A DNA stretch of 64,000 nucleotides from Octopus vulgaris (Eukaryota): NCBI GenBank assembly GCA_951406725.2, contig OX597818.1, positions 42,408,001 through 42,472,000 of the forward strand, read 5' to 3'. How positions within the stretch are numbered: position 1 is the first letter of the stretch; each line of letters begins with the position of its first letter. Positions 49,165 through 61,644 of the stretch are shown here, in pieces. Position numbers and translations under genes: made by a program. The notes below the pieces were generated by a model that saw only the letters and a list, made by a program, of their open reading frames with translations, did not search any database and was not told the DNA's origin.

Positions 49165-50290
49165 AAGGAATCCGGGGTAGAGGGAGACTCAGGAAGACAT
49201 GGGATGAGGTGGTGAAGCATGACCTTCGAACGTTGGGCCACACACAGGCAATGACAAAAGACCGAGACCTCTGGAGGTATGATGTGACTGAGAAGACCTG
49301 GCAAATAAAGTGAGTCCCCAGCTGTAACCTACACCAGTGTCGCATAACCAGCCCATTCAAAAGTACCTTTGATCGTAGGGCGACATGCTGTGCTTGAGAT
49401 CTATTGAATCGAGTACATCAACAGCAATATCAAATCAAATGGAAATTGTAGTTGTGAGCCCCATGCTGGTAGCACATAAAAAGCGCCATCTGATCGTGTT
49501 TGATGCCAGCTGCCCTGGCCCCTGTGCCGGTGGCACGTAAAAAGCACCCACTACACTCACGAAGTGGTTGGCGTTAGGAAGGTCATCCAGCTGTAGAAAC
49601 ACTGCCAGATCAGATTGGGGCCTGATGCAGCCTCCTGGTTTCCCAGACCCCAGATGCACTGTCCAACCCATGCCAGCATAGAAAACGGACGTTAAATGAT
49701 GATGTGTATGTCACATAGAAGCCCCGGCCCTTCCAAAGTGCCTTGGATCGTAGAGCAACCTGCTGTGCTTGAGGAGACCTATTGAGTCAAGTACGTCCGC
49801 ATCAAAAATCAGATAGAAATTGTGGTTGCGATACCTGTGCCAGTGGCATGTGAGCACCGCCATGACTGGCTTCCGTGCTGGTGGCACATAAAAAGCACCA
49901 TCCGATTGTGGCCGTTTCCAGCCTCCCCTGGCATTTAAAAAGCACCATCTGTACATGGCCGATGCCAGTGCCACCATGACTGGCTACCATGCTGTTGGCA
50001 TGTAAAAAGCACCAACCATTCGTGGCCGTTGCCAGCCTACCCTGGCACTTAAACAGCACCGTCCATACGTGGCCGATGCCAGCGCCGCCTTGACTGGCTT
50101 CCGTGTAGGTGGCACGTAAAAACCACCAACCGATCGTGGGCTTTGCCAGCCTCCCCTAGCACCTGTGCCGGTGGCACGTAAAAAGCATCCACTACACTCA
50201 CTGGAGCCTGGTGCAGCCTCCTGGCTTCCCAGACCCCGGTCGAACCGTCCAACCCATGCTAGCATGGAAAATGGACGTTAAACGATGATG
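49165..50290 (+). mobile_element. Two adjacent RTE LINE 3' ends
   Basis: GRGRLRKTWDEVVKHDL; two (ATG)n tails (~49700, ~50290); internal GTGGCACGTAAAAAGCACC repeats. Confidence 0.85.
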
Positions 50291-50292
50291 AG

Positions 50293-50325
<33 letters not shown>

Positions 50326-51087
50326 TAAAATTTCAGCTTATAAACATATCTTTTCATGTTTGAATTTTAACTGACTGTTGATCCTCGTTTTGGAATGTCT
50401 TCCTCATGTAACAAGTTTTTCAACTATGTAATGTTTGTAGTTTTAATCAGTATTATAAATTGTGTGATTTAAGTTCCTGAAGTTTTATACTGTTCAAACC
50501 CAGTTGTTAATATAGATTTCAAATATTGGACAGTTTGACAGGTTTGGAGAGCCAGCAGCTACACCAGGCTCCAATCTGATCTGACAATGTTTCTACAGCT
50601 TGATGCCCTTCCTAATGCCAATCACTCCAAGAGTGTAGTGGGTACTTTCTATGTGCCACTGGCACAGGAGCCAGTCCGGTGGGCTTGGCATCGTTCATGT
50701 TCAGATAGTACTTCTTACATGCCACTGGCATGGGAGCCAGTCAGGTGGGCCCTGGCATCGATTACGTTCAGATATTTTTTTTTTGCATGCCACCGATATG
50801 GGAACCTGTCAGGGGACACTGGCATCGGCCATGTTCAAAGGGTGCTTTTTACATGCTCAATTTTTATAAATATGAAATGAGGATATAATCATTAAAAGGA
50901 TTATACCAGTGGCCAGCACATAAAAAACATCATATTGGTAAGATTAATATTTAAGTATATAACTCTACCAGATCAAGACTGGAGCCTGGTGCAGCCATCT
51001 CGTTGCCAGCCCTTAGTCAAAACCGTCCAACCCATGCTAGCATGGAAAACGGACGTTAAATGATGATGATGATGATAATTATAGATA

Positions 51088-51270
51088 TATAATTAAGAGC
51101 ACTGGAGGGTCAATGGCAATATATTAGAAGTAGACGTCAAGTGTCTACAAACCACTCTAAATTTGTTCTCAAGACCTTGTGCAAAAATGAGAACAAATTT
51201 AAGTGATTTGTAGCCATTTGACATCTACTTCTAGCATATTGGCATTGTCCTTTCAATGCTCTTCATTATA
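51088..51270. mobile_element. Old palindromic MITE
   Basis: ~83-bp imperfect inverted arms with short loop, TATA at both ends. Confidence 0.7.
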
Positions 51271-52062
51271 ATTATACACTTAAATATGTTACACACACAT
51301 AAGTGGACAAACAATAGAAAAGGCACTCTACATTTAGTAGGAGCATGTAGCATTATTTAAAGCAGTTTGATTCAGCTTCATACAGAAGTCTAGTTTGTTC
51401 AGGCTCAGATTACCAAATAGAGGAGTGTGGGAAGTCCAAGATGGCTACTAAGGGGCTGCTATTGGTCAAGGTGGATCACTTGATGTTATGAGAGTAAGAT
51501 TGATGATTCTCTGACCCCCAGTTCTGTTAGAAAGGGGAATTTCTTGGACCACTTGAAGCTGGTAGAAGCAAGACTCGTGTGTGTGTGCGCACTCGCATAT
51601 ACCCAATGTATGAATATATGGGTATGTTATTGGTTGTGTGTGAATACGTGGGCACTAGTGCCTGTTACATGTGTGTGTGTAAGTATGCATATTCTTGGAT
51701 CTGTGTATAAATGTAAGAGCGGATGTATGTATGTCTGGAAGAGCATACGTGTGTGTGTGTGTGTGTGTGCATTTTTATATTTGTGTGTAAACATGGGTAG
51801 ATGCATGTTTGGGAAACCATCTATGGATGTGTGTGTGTGTTTTTGGCTGATGTGTATACACACACATGCACATACATATTTGCATACCTTTGGTAGTTGT
51901 GTGGGTGTGACATGTATGCTAGTGTGGATCTAGAGGGAGAAATGGGCGTTTGAGGTGGTCCTTCAGTTTATCTATGCTCTGTAAAAGAACTTGGAAGGCT
52001 GAAACCCCAAATAGGCTTTTCATAATACCCTTAAAGCCAGGAACTTTTCAGTAACCCTATAT

Positions 52063-52283
52063 ATAAGGGGGTTGCTGAAAAGTTCCTGGTTTTGAGTAAA
52101 AGAAAATACAGGCGGATCAATTAATTATGATTTTATCCAACATATTCACCTCTCTGATTCACACACTTATTTGAGTGGCCCTTCAATTTTTCTAAACCCT
52201 GTAAAAGAACTCAGAAGGTTGGGCCTCCAGCCAGGCCGTTTGCAAAACCCTTAAATCCAGGAACTTTTCAGTAATCCCTTGTA
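52063..52283. mobile_element. Mariner-type MITE (plus adjacent partial copy ~51945-52060)
   Basis: TIRs AAGGGGGTTGCTGAAAAGTTCCTGG / CCAGGAACTTTTCAGTAATCCCTTG, TA flanks. Confidence 0.75.
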
Positions 52284-52329
52284 CTTTTGCATTAGTGAGA
52301 TATGTTAGTGGTGGCAAATTTTGATATAG

Positions 52330-52918
52330 ACCTGTTGAGGCAAGTGAAATCAAATCAAATCAATCAAAAGCAATATCAAATTCGATGACTGGCATCCATG
52401 CTAGTAGGGTGCCAAGAGTACCATCCGAGTGTGATTGTTGCCAGAGCAGCCAACTGGCTTCCATGCCAGTGGCATGTAAAAGGGCACCATTCGAGTGTGA
52501 TCGTTACCAGCATCGCCTTACTGGCACTTGTGCCCGTGCTAGTAGGGTGCCAAGAGCACCATCCGAGTGTGATCGTTGCCAGAGTAGCCAACTGGCTTCC
52601 ATGCCAGTGGCACGTAAAAGGGCACCATTTGAGTGTGATCGTTACCAACGTCGCCTCACTGGCACCTGTGCTGGTGGCATGTGTAAAAGGATTCGAGCGA
52701 GGTCATTGCCAGTACCGCCTGACTGGCCCCTGTGCCGGTGGCACGTAAAAAGCAACCACTACACTCTCGGAGTGGTTGGCATTGGGAAGGGCATCCAGCT
52801 GTAGACACGCTGCCAAATCAAGATTGGAGACTGGTGCAACCATCTGGTTCACCAGCCCTCAGTCAAAATCCTCCAACCCATGCTAGCATGGAAAGCGGAC
52901 GTTAAACGACGATGATGA
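52330..52918 (+). mobile_element. RTE-associated (ATG)n-tailed element with internal duplication
   Basis: Family match; duplicated ~140-bp block. Confidence 0.8.
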
Positions 52919-53484
52919 TAATATTGTTTGCAGTAAGATTTTATTGCTCTCAGATATGCTAAGCACTCAAAGTAGATTATTGTGCCAACATACTAACACA
53001 ATTACAATAGTATATTTTACAGTTTGACCATAACTTGTAATACTGATTCCTAATCAAGTGATGTAATGTTTTTAGTTAATTTTTTAAGAAACTTTCCGAA
53101 CAGAATACAGATTTGTGAAAACTGTCAAATAGGTGTAAAACAGCCAGAGCATGTTAATGAAAGTCTAAGGAAACTGGATAACTGAATCAAATGTATGTAA
53201 TATCAAAAATTATGAGATAGAATTATTGCTTCATTTGTAGAGTAAGTGAGTTTGTATGTTTTTATTCCAGGTTAGGACAGTACTATGAAATATTTTCTGA
53301 TGGTACTGAGATAAGAAGATAATAGTAGGAATGGATAAGAAAGAGGAAGAGGCAATACAGATGGTTCTAAAAGTTGTAAATGATAAAGTGAATGGAGGTT
53401 TTGTTAATGTAGAAAAAATTTCAGCAGGTTAAGTGGTACAATTGTATGAATGGTACACACAGTACTGGTATTATAAGATGGAGT

Positions 53485-53519
<35 letters not shown>

Positions 53520-54576
53520 CATAAAAGTTAAGATTAGCTCATGTACTTGAGTGCAAGTGACACACTCATGCAAATTTGAAAACCTGATAAGCAGCAGGGT
53601 TAAGATAGATAAGAAAAAGGAAAATTAGGGAGAAAAAAAAATCTGTTGATATTTGTCAGGGGAAGCCATATTAAGGGTGGAAATGCGAAGAGTGTTAGGT
53701 TTGTATGCATGAGCAAATAGATAGATGTAGATGTGGCTGGGTAAGTGACTCGAAGAATTGAAAAATGAGCAGCTGATGTGAAACTCTAATCTTTTATCTT
53801 TATCCTTTAATTGTTTCAGTCGTTATACTGTGGCCATACTGAGACACCACTTGAAGAATTTTTTTGAATGTCAAATGACCTCTTAACCCTACCAAATAGT
53901 GTCCTATTTTTTAAGCATTGAAAAGCTTGCATGCAATAGAGCAGATGAAATTGTTGGGAATATTGATAAAATGTTAGGTAACATGGTATAAGATTTTTGG
54001 TAGGTTGATTAAAGTATTCGAGACAAAGGGACATTTAGGCTGAGAGGATTTGATGGTCCCTCTTGGATTGATTTTTGCTATGAGTAAAGGAGCTTCTGAT
54101 CACAAGGCTGAATGTTTTTATACCCTTCAAAAAAGGTATGGAAAAGCTTGAATTACTTATACAATAATGAATTGAGACTTATAGAAAGTACTACATTGCA
54201 TCAGAAGGCTGGAAAGTTAAAAGAAGGAAATTCATGTTGTGCTTTTGAATAATAAGAATGCTGTCATTTGAATGACAGTTCAAGCTACATAAAAAGTGGT
54301 GCCCTACAACTTTTTAAGAAAACATCAGCTTCTAAAGAAATATTGATACATTTCTTCAGATTTAAGTTGGAGTCTGGGTTTTTGCTGCACAAATGACAGA
54401 GTCAAAGAAATTGTGAAAATGGGATAGCAGGTTTGATGTGTGTAGGAAAAATAGCTAAGGTAGGAATCAGATTTGTAGGTTTGGTTGTCAATTGATGATG
54501 GCTGTATTTTTGAAGCATCAATGGATGATGATGTCTGTTCGCAAATGGAATATCAATTGATGATGTTTGTGTTTAA

Positions 54577-54783
54577 CCCTTTCGTTACTGTATTTATTTT
54601 GAGATGCTCTGTTTCTTTCAATTATTTTAAATATAACAAAGAATTTAGTAAAATAACTTAATTATCATTAAGCTAATGTTAGGAACATAACTTGTGACTA
54701 AGGTTTGGTGGTATATTTTAATGCAAAACTTATGAAAACAAGATATTTGTACTACAGAGTCAGCCGGGTTGGTAACGAAAGGG
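54577..54783. mobile_element. piggyBac-like MITE
   Basis: TTAA|CCCTTTCGTTAC...GTAACGAAAGGG|TTAA. Confidence 0.85.
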
Positions 54784-55312
54784 TTAAACCAGCCATATCT
54801 GGCCCAGATATTTTACATGTTTATATTCAAACTGATGATATCTAGCCTCTCACACCTAACCTACATTGACATTCTAAAAACAAATAATCACATCATTGAA
54901 ACCTCAAAGCTATAAGATAATGCATGATTAATTCAAAATAATTTGAGTGAAAAAGTATTACATTTAACAGAGTAATTTGAACACTAAAGGGTTAAGGATT
55001 AATAAATGATACCATGTCTTCAATTTGTTCAAATGCAAGAAACAACACAAGCAAACAATAGTCTCCAATTGAAACTTGACACATTTCTGTTGGTGTGTTC
55101 ATATACATGCAACCATATAATTATGTATGTATTCATCCATTCAGGCATATACAAATGGAAGAAAAGACTATTGAACATGTTTTGTGGCATCTATATTGGT
55201 TAACATACAGTTTAGCATTATAAAATAGTGACATACCATAGTAGTATGAGCTGTTCTATTGCTGCCACCAGAGTGGTGGTGAACCACTGGCTGCTTACAA
55301 CCCAGATATACC

Positions 55313-55507
55313 TATTTCTTTACTACCCACAAGGGGCTAAACACAGAGAGGACAGACAAACGGATTAAGTCGATTATAGCAACCCTATTGCATAACTGGT
55401 ACTTATTTAATTGACCTCGGTAGAATTTGAACTCGGAACGTAACGGCAGACGAAATACTGCTAAGCATTTCAACCGACGTGCTAATGATTCTACCAGCTC
55501 GCAGCCT
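55313..55507 (-). mobile_element. SINE family A
   Basis: Consensus match with deletion. Confidence 0.8.
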
Positions 55508-56050
55508 TCATATTTCCCACCTTAACATCAGCCACTTCCTATCCAAGGACAGGGTTCCCAACTACCATCGGCTATGCAGACTTACTTCATAACTTGATAC
55601 ATCCCCTGCAATCTCTACTTTCACCTGCATAAACGTGGTGTGCACACATAAACACTCGCACAAAAATCTATATACACACACACCTACACAAGCTCACACA
55701 CACATGCACACACATACATACATTTGATAGTCGATGGGTTTTGACAACTCATGAAATTATTAGCCATTTAATCAAATTTTGATGATCCAAATGATGACAG
55801 CATCCATACACAGACTACTAAAGAGTGATGGATACTTACCAAGAAGAAACTTGGGTGACGATATTTAACTAGTGATGCTTTATTTACATCATATTTTCAT
55901 GAGCATGTGTGGTGAAACAAATTTAGATGTCATAAATATATACACAAATCTGATTCTGTGCATCAACGATTGTCATGTTTTGCTGTAAATGTCATTGTTT
56001 TCATCTTTTATAAAATATATGAATGGGTTTCATGCTATATTAAATATATA

Positions 56051-56433
56051 GGCGCAGGAGTGGCTGTGTGGTAAGTTGCTTGCTAACCAACCACATGGTT
56101 CTGGGTTCAGTCCCACTGCGTGGCATCTTGGGCAAGTGTCTTCTGCTATAGCCTCAGGCCGACCAAAGCCTTGTGAGTGGATTTGGTAAACGGAAACTGA
56201 AAGAAGCCTGTCGTATATATGTATATATATATGTATGTTTGTGTGTCTGTGTTTGTCCCCCTAGCATTGCTTGACAAACCGATGCTGGTGTGTTTACGTC
56301 CCCGTCACTTAGTGGTTCGGCAAAAGAGACCGATAGAATAAGTACTGGGCTTACAAAGAATAAGTCCTGGGGTCAATTTGCTCGACTAAAGGCAGTGCTC
56401 CAGCATGGCTGCAGTCTCATGACTGAAACAAGT
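56051..56433 (+). mobile_element. SINE family B, full length
   Basis: GGCGCAGGAGTGGCTGTGTGGTAAG head. Confidence 0.88.
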
Positions 56434-56469
56434 ATAAAAAAAAATATGTATGTTTATATATTGGATATG

Positions 56470-57110
56470 TCACAAAACTAGAAACGTAGTCAACAAGGTG
56501 CTTGTAAGGACAGAAATGTAATATACATTGGTGAGACATCTGGGAACACCTGGAGAAGGTATGATGACAAGAAATGCCAAAGACCAACATGGAGGCACAC
56601 TGGGTCGAATTGACAGCCACATTTTATCCAAGCACCCGAAGGACCCATCACTTCAACAAATACAAAAGTACATCCTCATATATGAAATATCTTCCATACT
56701 AAATAGGAAATACATGTAGAAGGTAGAGATACCCACAGAGTATACATAGGCAGGTAGTAAGTAGGTGAGTAGACAGACAGGTAAGTTGAATGATAGATAC
56801 ATATGTAGGTAGATAGATACCCAAGTAGTACGTACAAACACATAAAAGGAGACAGAAAGACATGAACATATATACACACAGACACATATGGAGACATGCA
56901 TACATAATTGTGAAATCTAAACGCACATAGCACACAAACTCTACACTCAGAAGAAATATGCCCCAATGACAAACTATCTCAGCACAAGTATAAGAACACC
57001 AAACCCAGAACAAAAAAAAAACAAAATAATGTAAATAAATTGACAACATAACAATTTGCCCAAAAGACAAATCTAAGGGAGACAAACAAAAAAATGCCAC
57101 TGAAGAGTAA
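56470..57110 (+). mobile_element. Penelope-like element relic (GIY-YIG C-terminus)
   Basis: CKDRNVIYIGETS, then AKDQHGG...ILSKHPKDPSLQQI...ILNRK, homologous to the 62550-63030 endonuclease. Confidence 0.7.
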
Positions 57111-57372
57111 TGTCCCTTGATTCCTTGTTATATTCATGTGAATTCACAAGATTCTCAGCAAACTGAACAAGGCTGTGTTTTCCAAAACGGAGGTGAGCGC
57201 TTTTCTCTATGTGATCAGCTTGAAAAATTAAGACATTAGGATATTTTCCTACTTTTCTTAACATGGAAACAATGGTAGCCTTAATTCACAAATAAAGAAA
57301 TTATATCCACCAAAGTAGATATAACATTCATCATTTAACATTTACACACACACACACATATATATGTATGTA

Positions 57373-57410
<38 letters not shown>

Positions 57411-57761
57411 AGTGGTGTGCAAGCAAGGCATGCAAATCAGGCACTGCATACCGTTTATTTCTTATATGACTCAAAAATGAATTTAGAACATAATGTATTT
57501 ATAACCACATTGAAAAGTTGTCCAAATCATTGGAAACTGAGCTCAAATAGTTACTTTGTTCCAAAGGAAACCCGTCCACATTCAATACTTTGCAGTATTC
57601 CCACTCTGCTTCTAATAGGTATACTTAAAGAAAAATGTATATGAAATCTTTTGTCCTCCCCTGCCTATCTGTAAAGTCAATGCCTGTAAGATTCTTTTTT
57701 ATCTCCATAAAATAACTATGGAAGGCATGTTTTGAGAAAAACCCATGTTATATACAGCTTT

Positions 57762-58175
57762 GGTGGCGAGCTGGCAGAAACGTTAGCACGCTGAGCGAAA
57801 TGCTTAGCGGTATTTCGTCTACCGCTACGTTCTGAGTTCAAATTCCGCCGAGGTCGACTTTGCCTTTCATCCTTTCGGGGTCGATTAAATAAGTACCAGT
57901 TTCGCACTGGGGTCGATATAATCGACTTAATCCGTTTGTCTGTCCTTGTTTGTTGTCTCTGTGTTTAGCCCCTTGTGGGTAGTAAAGAAATAGGCATTTC
58001 GTCTGTCGTTACATTCTGAGTTCAAATTCCGCCGAGGTCGACTTTGCCTTTCATCCTTTCGGGGTCGACAAATAAAGTACCAGTTTCGCTCTGGGGTCGA
58101 TGTAATCGACTTAATCCCTTTATCTGTCCTTGTTTGTCCCCTCTATGTTTAGCCCCTTGTAGGCAATAAAGAAAT
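57762..58175 (+). mobile_element. SINE family A with duplicated 3' half, TSD TATATACAGCTTT
   Basis: Two tandem bodies between the TSD copies. Confidence 0.88.
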
Positions 58176-58386
58176 ATATACAGCTTTGGCTTTCCCCTCC
58201 CTTTCCATCAGTTCTTCTTTGTCAACAATTCTTTGTAACTGATGATGGTAATGCCAGAGGTTAAATAGTTGAATGGGTTTGACCTTTTGTCCTAAAAATT
58301 CTGACCAAAACATATCAACAATCCCATAATTCTTAATTAATCAGCTCAAATGTTGCAGTGACTTAGGAATATCTATTTCACTCAGT

Positions 58387-58740
58387 CATCATCATCATCA
58401 TCATCATCGTTTAACGTCCGTTCTCCATGCTAGCATGGGTTGGACGGTTCGACCGGGGATCTGGGCAGCCAGAAGGCTGCACCAGGCTCCAGTCTTATCT
58501 GGCAATGTTTCTACAGATGGATGCCCTTCCTAACGCCAACCACTCCGTGAGTGTAGTGGGTGCTTTTTACGTGCCACCTGCACAGGTGCCAGGCGAGGCT
58601 GGCAACTTCCACGGTCGGATTGGTGTATTTTACGTGCCACCGGCACGGAGGCCAGTCGAGGCGGAGCTGGCATCGGCCACGAGTCAGATAGTGCTTTTTA
58701 TGTACTACCAGACCAGGGATCCTGGCTGGTTCAATTCGAT
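58387..58740 (-). mobile_element. RTE-associated (ATG)n-tailed element, same subfamily as the one in the foldback arms
   Basis: Shared CCAGTCTTATCTGGCAATG diagnostic. Confidence 0.85.
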
Positions 58741-59574
58741 AAGTTTTGAAATTATTATCATTAACCATCCTCTGTATTGAACAAATTTTCAGAAGTTCTG
58801 AAATCAGAAATATAATAGGGCTAATTAATCTTACGTCGATTTTCTAAAATTATCATCTTTCCATTTTGTTGAAACTAATTTACAATTTATGCACACACTC
58901 ACACACATGCACTATTACTTTCATAAGATCTCTTTAGGATTTTCAAAATATTTGTTCAAATGACTGAAACATACACGCATAAATATAAACACACACATTG
59001 AAAGATGTGTGTGTGTGTATGCGTGTGTTTATGTATAAATCATATTGTATAAATAATTTTCTTTTACATTCTTTCAAATTTTCTTTCATCATTAGGTAAA
59101 TGTAACATTTCTTCGTTTTCTTGTATGTTGCGATATTTCACATCTTTGCTACTCCCAACAAATGAAAAGGGACGCTAGGTTTTTGTTCAGTGTTTTTGGG
59201 GCTTTTTAGAATGTTGAATTTTTGCTGTCTTTCATAGTATGTGTGTTTATGTATATGCGTGTATGTTCAATGTGCATGCACATGTGTGCGCAAGACGTAG
59301 TCTTTTAATGTAAGGATCTCAATAAGTATCAGAACAGGCTGCTCAAGCAAGTGTCAAATATTTTCCCAAAATTGGCAAGTAGCCTGATAAAGCAGCTGAT
59401 TTGTCTTTGACAGCGTAACGGTCTAAAATCATGGCCATATTATATAACTAAATGTGTTTTCTTAACTAATTTCAAAATGATTTAGCTCAACCAATAAGTT
59501 TTTATTGCATGACCAACCTCAGAAGTCACTACACACCACAGATACATACATACAGAGGGAGAAGTTTGCTGTCA

Positions 59575-60275
59575 GTCTGATCTGGCAGTGTTTCTACAGC
59601 TGGATGCCCTTTCTAACGCCAACCACTCCATGAGTGTGGTGGGTGCTTTTTACGTGCCACCGGCACAGGTGCCAGGAGAGGCTGACAACGGTCACGATCA
59701 GTAGTTGCTTTTTACGTGCCACCAGCACAGAAGCCAGTCAAGGCGGCGCTGGCATCAGCCACGTTCGGATGTTGCTTTTTACATGCCACCGGCACAGGTA
59801 TCACAACTTCAATCTCCATTTGATTTCTTGATTTTGATGTTGATGTACTTGACTCAATAGGTCTCCTCAAGCATAACAGGTCGCCCTATGATCCAAGGTA
59901 AGCACAGCAGGACGTCCTGTGATCCAAGGTACTTTGGATGGGTTGGGGCTTCTATGTGAAGCTGGTGCAGGAAACAGCCATGAACTCACGTTATTTGTCA
60001 GGTCTTCGCAGTCACAGCATATCTCCTAAAGTCTTGGTCTTTTGTCATTGCTTCTGTGAGGCCCAACGTTTGAAGGTCATGCTTGACCACCTCATCACAT
60101 GTCTTCCTGGGTCTACATCTACCCTGGATTCCTTCAACTGTTTGGGAGTGGAACTTCTTCACACATCTCTCCTCATCCATCCGTAGTACATGACCATACC
60201 AGCGCAGATGTCTCTCTTGCATGGCGCATCCAATGCTTCTTATGTCCAACATTTCACTCAGGGCACTTACACTCT
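59575..60275 (-). mobile_element. RTE LINE 3' end
   Basis: HLRWYGHVLRMDEERCVKK...GRCRPRKTCDEVVKHDL. Confidence 0.88.
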
Positions 60276-60277
60276 GT

Positions 60278-60308
<31 letters not shown>

Positions 60309-60649
60309 TCTGTTTATTTTCTTGTGTTCCTCTCTGTTGAAGAGTGCAGGCTCGAAATGTAAAAGATTTTCTCACTCTCTCGAGTGTCAAACTAATACAC
60401 CTGCCTGTTGTATATACACCTGTCATCATCTTTTGTTTTTCTGTAAATTCAACTATATATATATATATATTGTGTGTGTGTAAACTTTATTCACATGTAA
60501 ATACTATTTCATTGCTTTTATTGCTACCTGGTTGGCCTTTAGCCTTGTATCAGCATGTGCCGATATTTTATCTAAGTAAGCTGTCTGTGTCTGGAACCTT
60601 TATGCTATCAGTTCCGTATCTCGTGGTGTCTCTTTGAGATTTTTCAGTA

Positions 60650-61050
60650 AGCCATTTCATCATTTAAATCTTACTATCTCCATTTCACCTTTGAAAGACT
60701 CATTGAAGTGACTGATAAAGAAAATGGTCCTATGATTCAGGAATTTGGGAAGAGTTTCAACATTTTTGATGGAATAAAATTGATAAAGAAAGCATGGGAT
60801 AAAATTGCCATAAAGAACATGAAAGGAATTTGGGAAAATCTTTGCCCCAAATTAATTGACAATTCTGAAGGATTTGATAATCTTCATGAAGGAATTCAAA
60901 AAGTAACTGACACGATCATAAACATTGCAAAGGAACTGAACTTTGAAATTTCACCTTAAGATGTTAAAGAAGGTCTTTTATGCTGACAATGATGAAATCA
61001 CAAATGAAGAATTGCTAGAAATGGAAAAGTTTGAATGTGAAGAAGAAGAA
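60650..61050 (+). mobile_element. Tigger/pogo transposase relic
   Basis: QEFGKSFNIFDGIKLIKKAWDKI..KNMKGIWENLCP resembles the Tigger DDE C-terminus, followed by an acidic tail. Confidence 0.7.
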
Positions 61051-61149
61051 GAAGAAGAAGAATTGTTGTTATTATTATTATTATCATTTGAAAAATTATT
61101 TAAGAATGATCCCTAGCTTACCATCCATGCAGAGTAAGTAAACAAGAGA

Positions 61150-61637
61150 GACCTGTTGAGGAAAGTGAAATCGAAATCAAATTTGATGACTGACATCCGT
61201 GCTAGTGGAGCACTAAGAGCACCATCCGAGCGTGATTGTTGCCAGAGCAGCAAACTGGCTTCTGTGGCGGTGGCACGTAAAAAGCTCCATTCGAGCGTGA
61301 TTTTTACCAGCATCGCCTTACTGGCACTCGTGCTGGTGGCACGTGAAAAAACATTTGAGCGAGGTTGTTGCCAGTGCCGCTGGACTGGCTCCTGTGCAGG
61401 TGGCATGTAAAAAATACCATTTGAGCATGGCCATTGCCAGTACCGCCTGACTGGCCCTCATGCCGGTGGCAGATAAAAGCACCCACTACTCTCGCAGTGG
61501 TTGGCATTAGGAAGGGCATCTAGCTGTAGAAGCACTGCCAGATCAGATTGGAGCCTGGCGCAGCCATCTAGTTCACCAGTCCTCAGTCAAATCGTCTAAC
61601 CCATGCTAGTATGGAAAGCAGACGTTAAATGATGATG
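61150..61637 (+). mobile_element. RTE-associated (ATG)n-tailed element
   Basis: Family match. Confidence 0.8.
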
Positions 61638-61644
61638 ACCATGT

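Noticed and set aside
51544-51933. 129-aa Cys/Val-rich ORF
   Set aside because: Degenerate (TG)n microsatellite
59383-59426. CTGATAAAG-CAGCTG...CAGC-GTAAC hammerhead-like motif
   Set aside because: Both core boxes deviate from consensus
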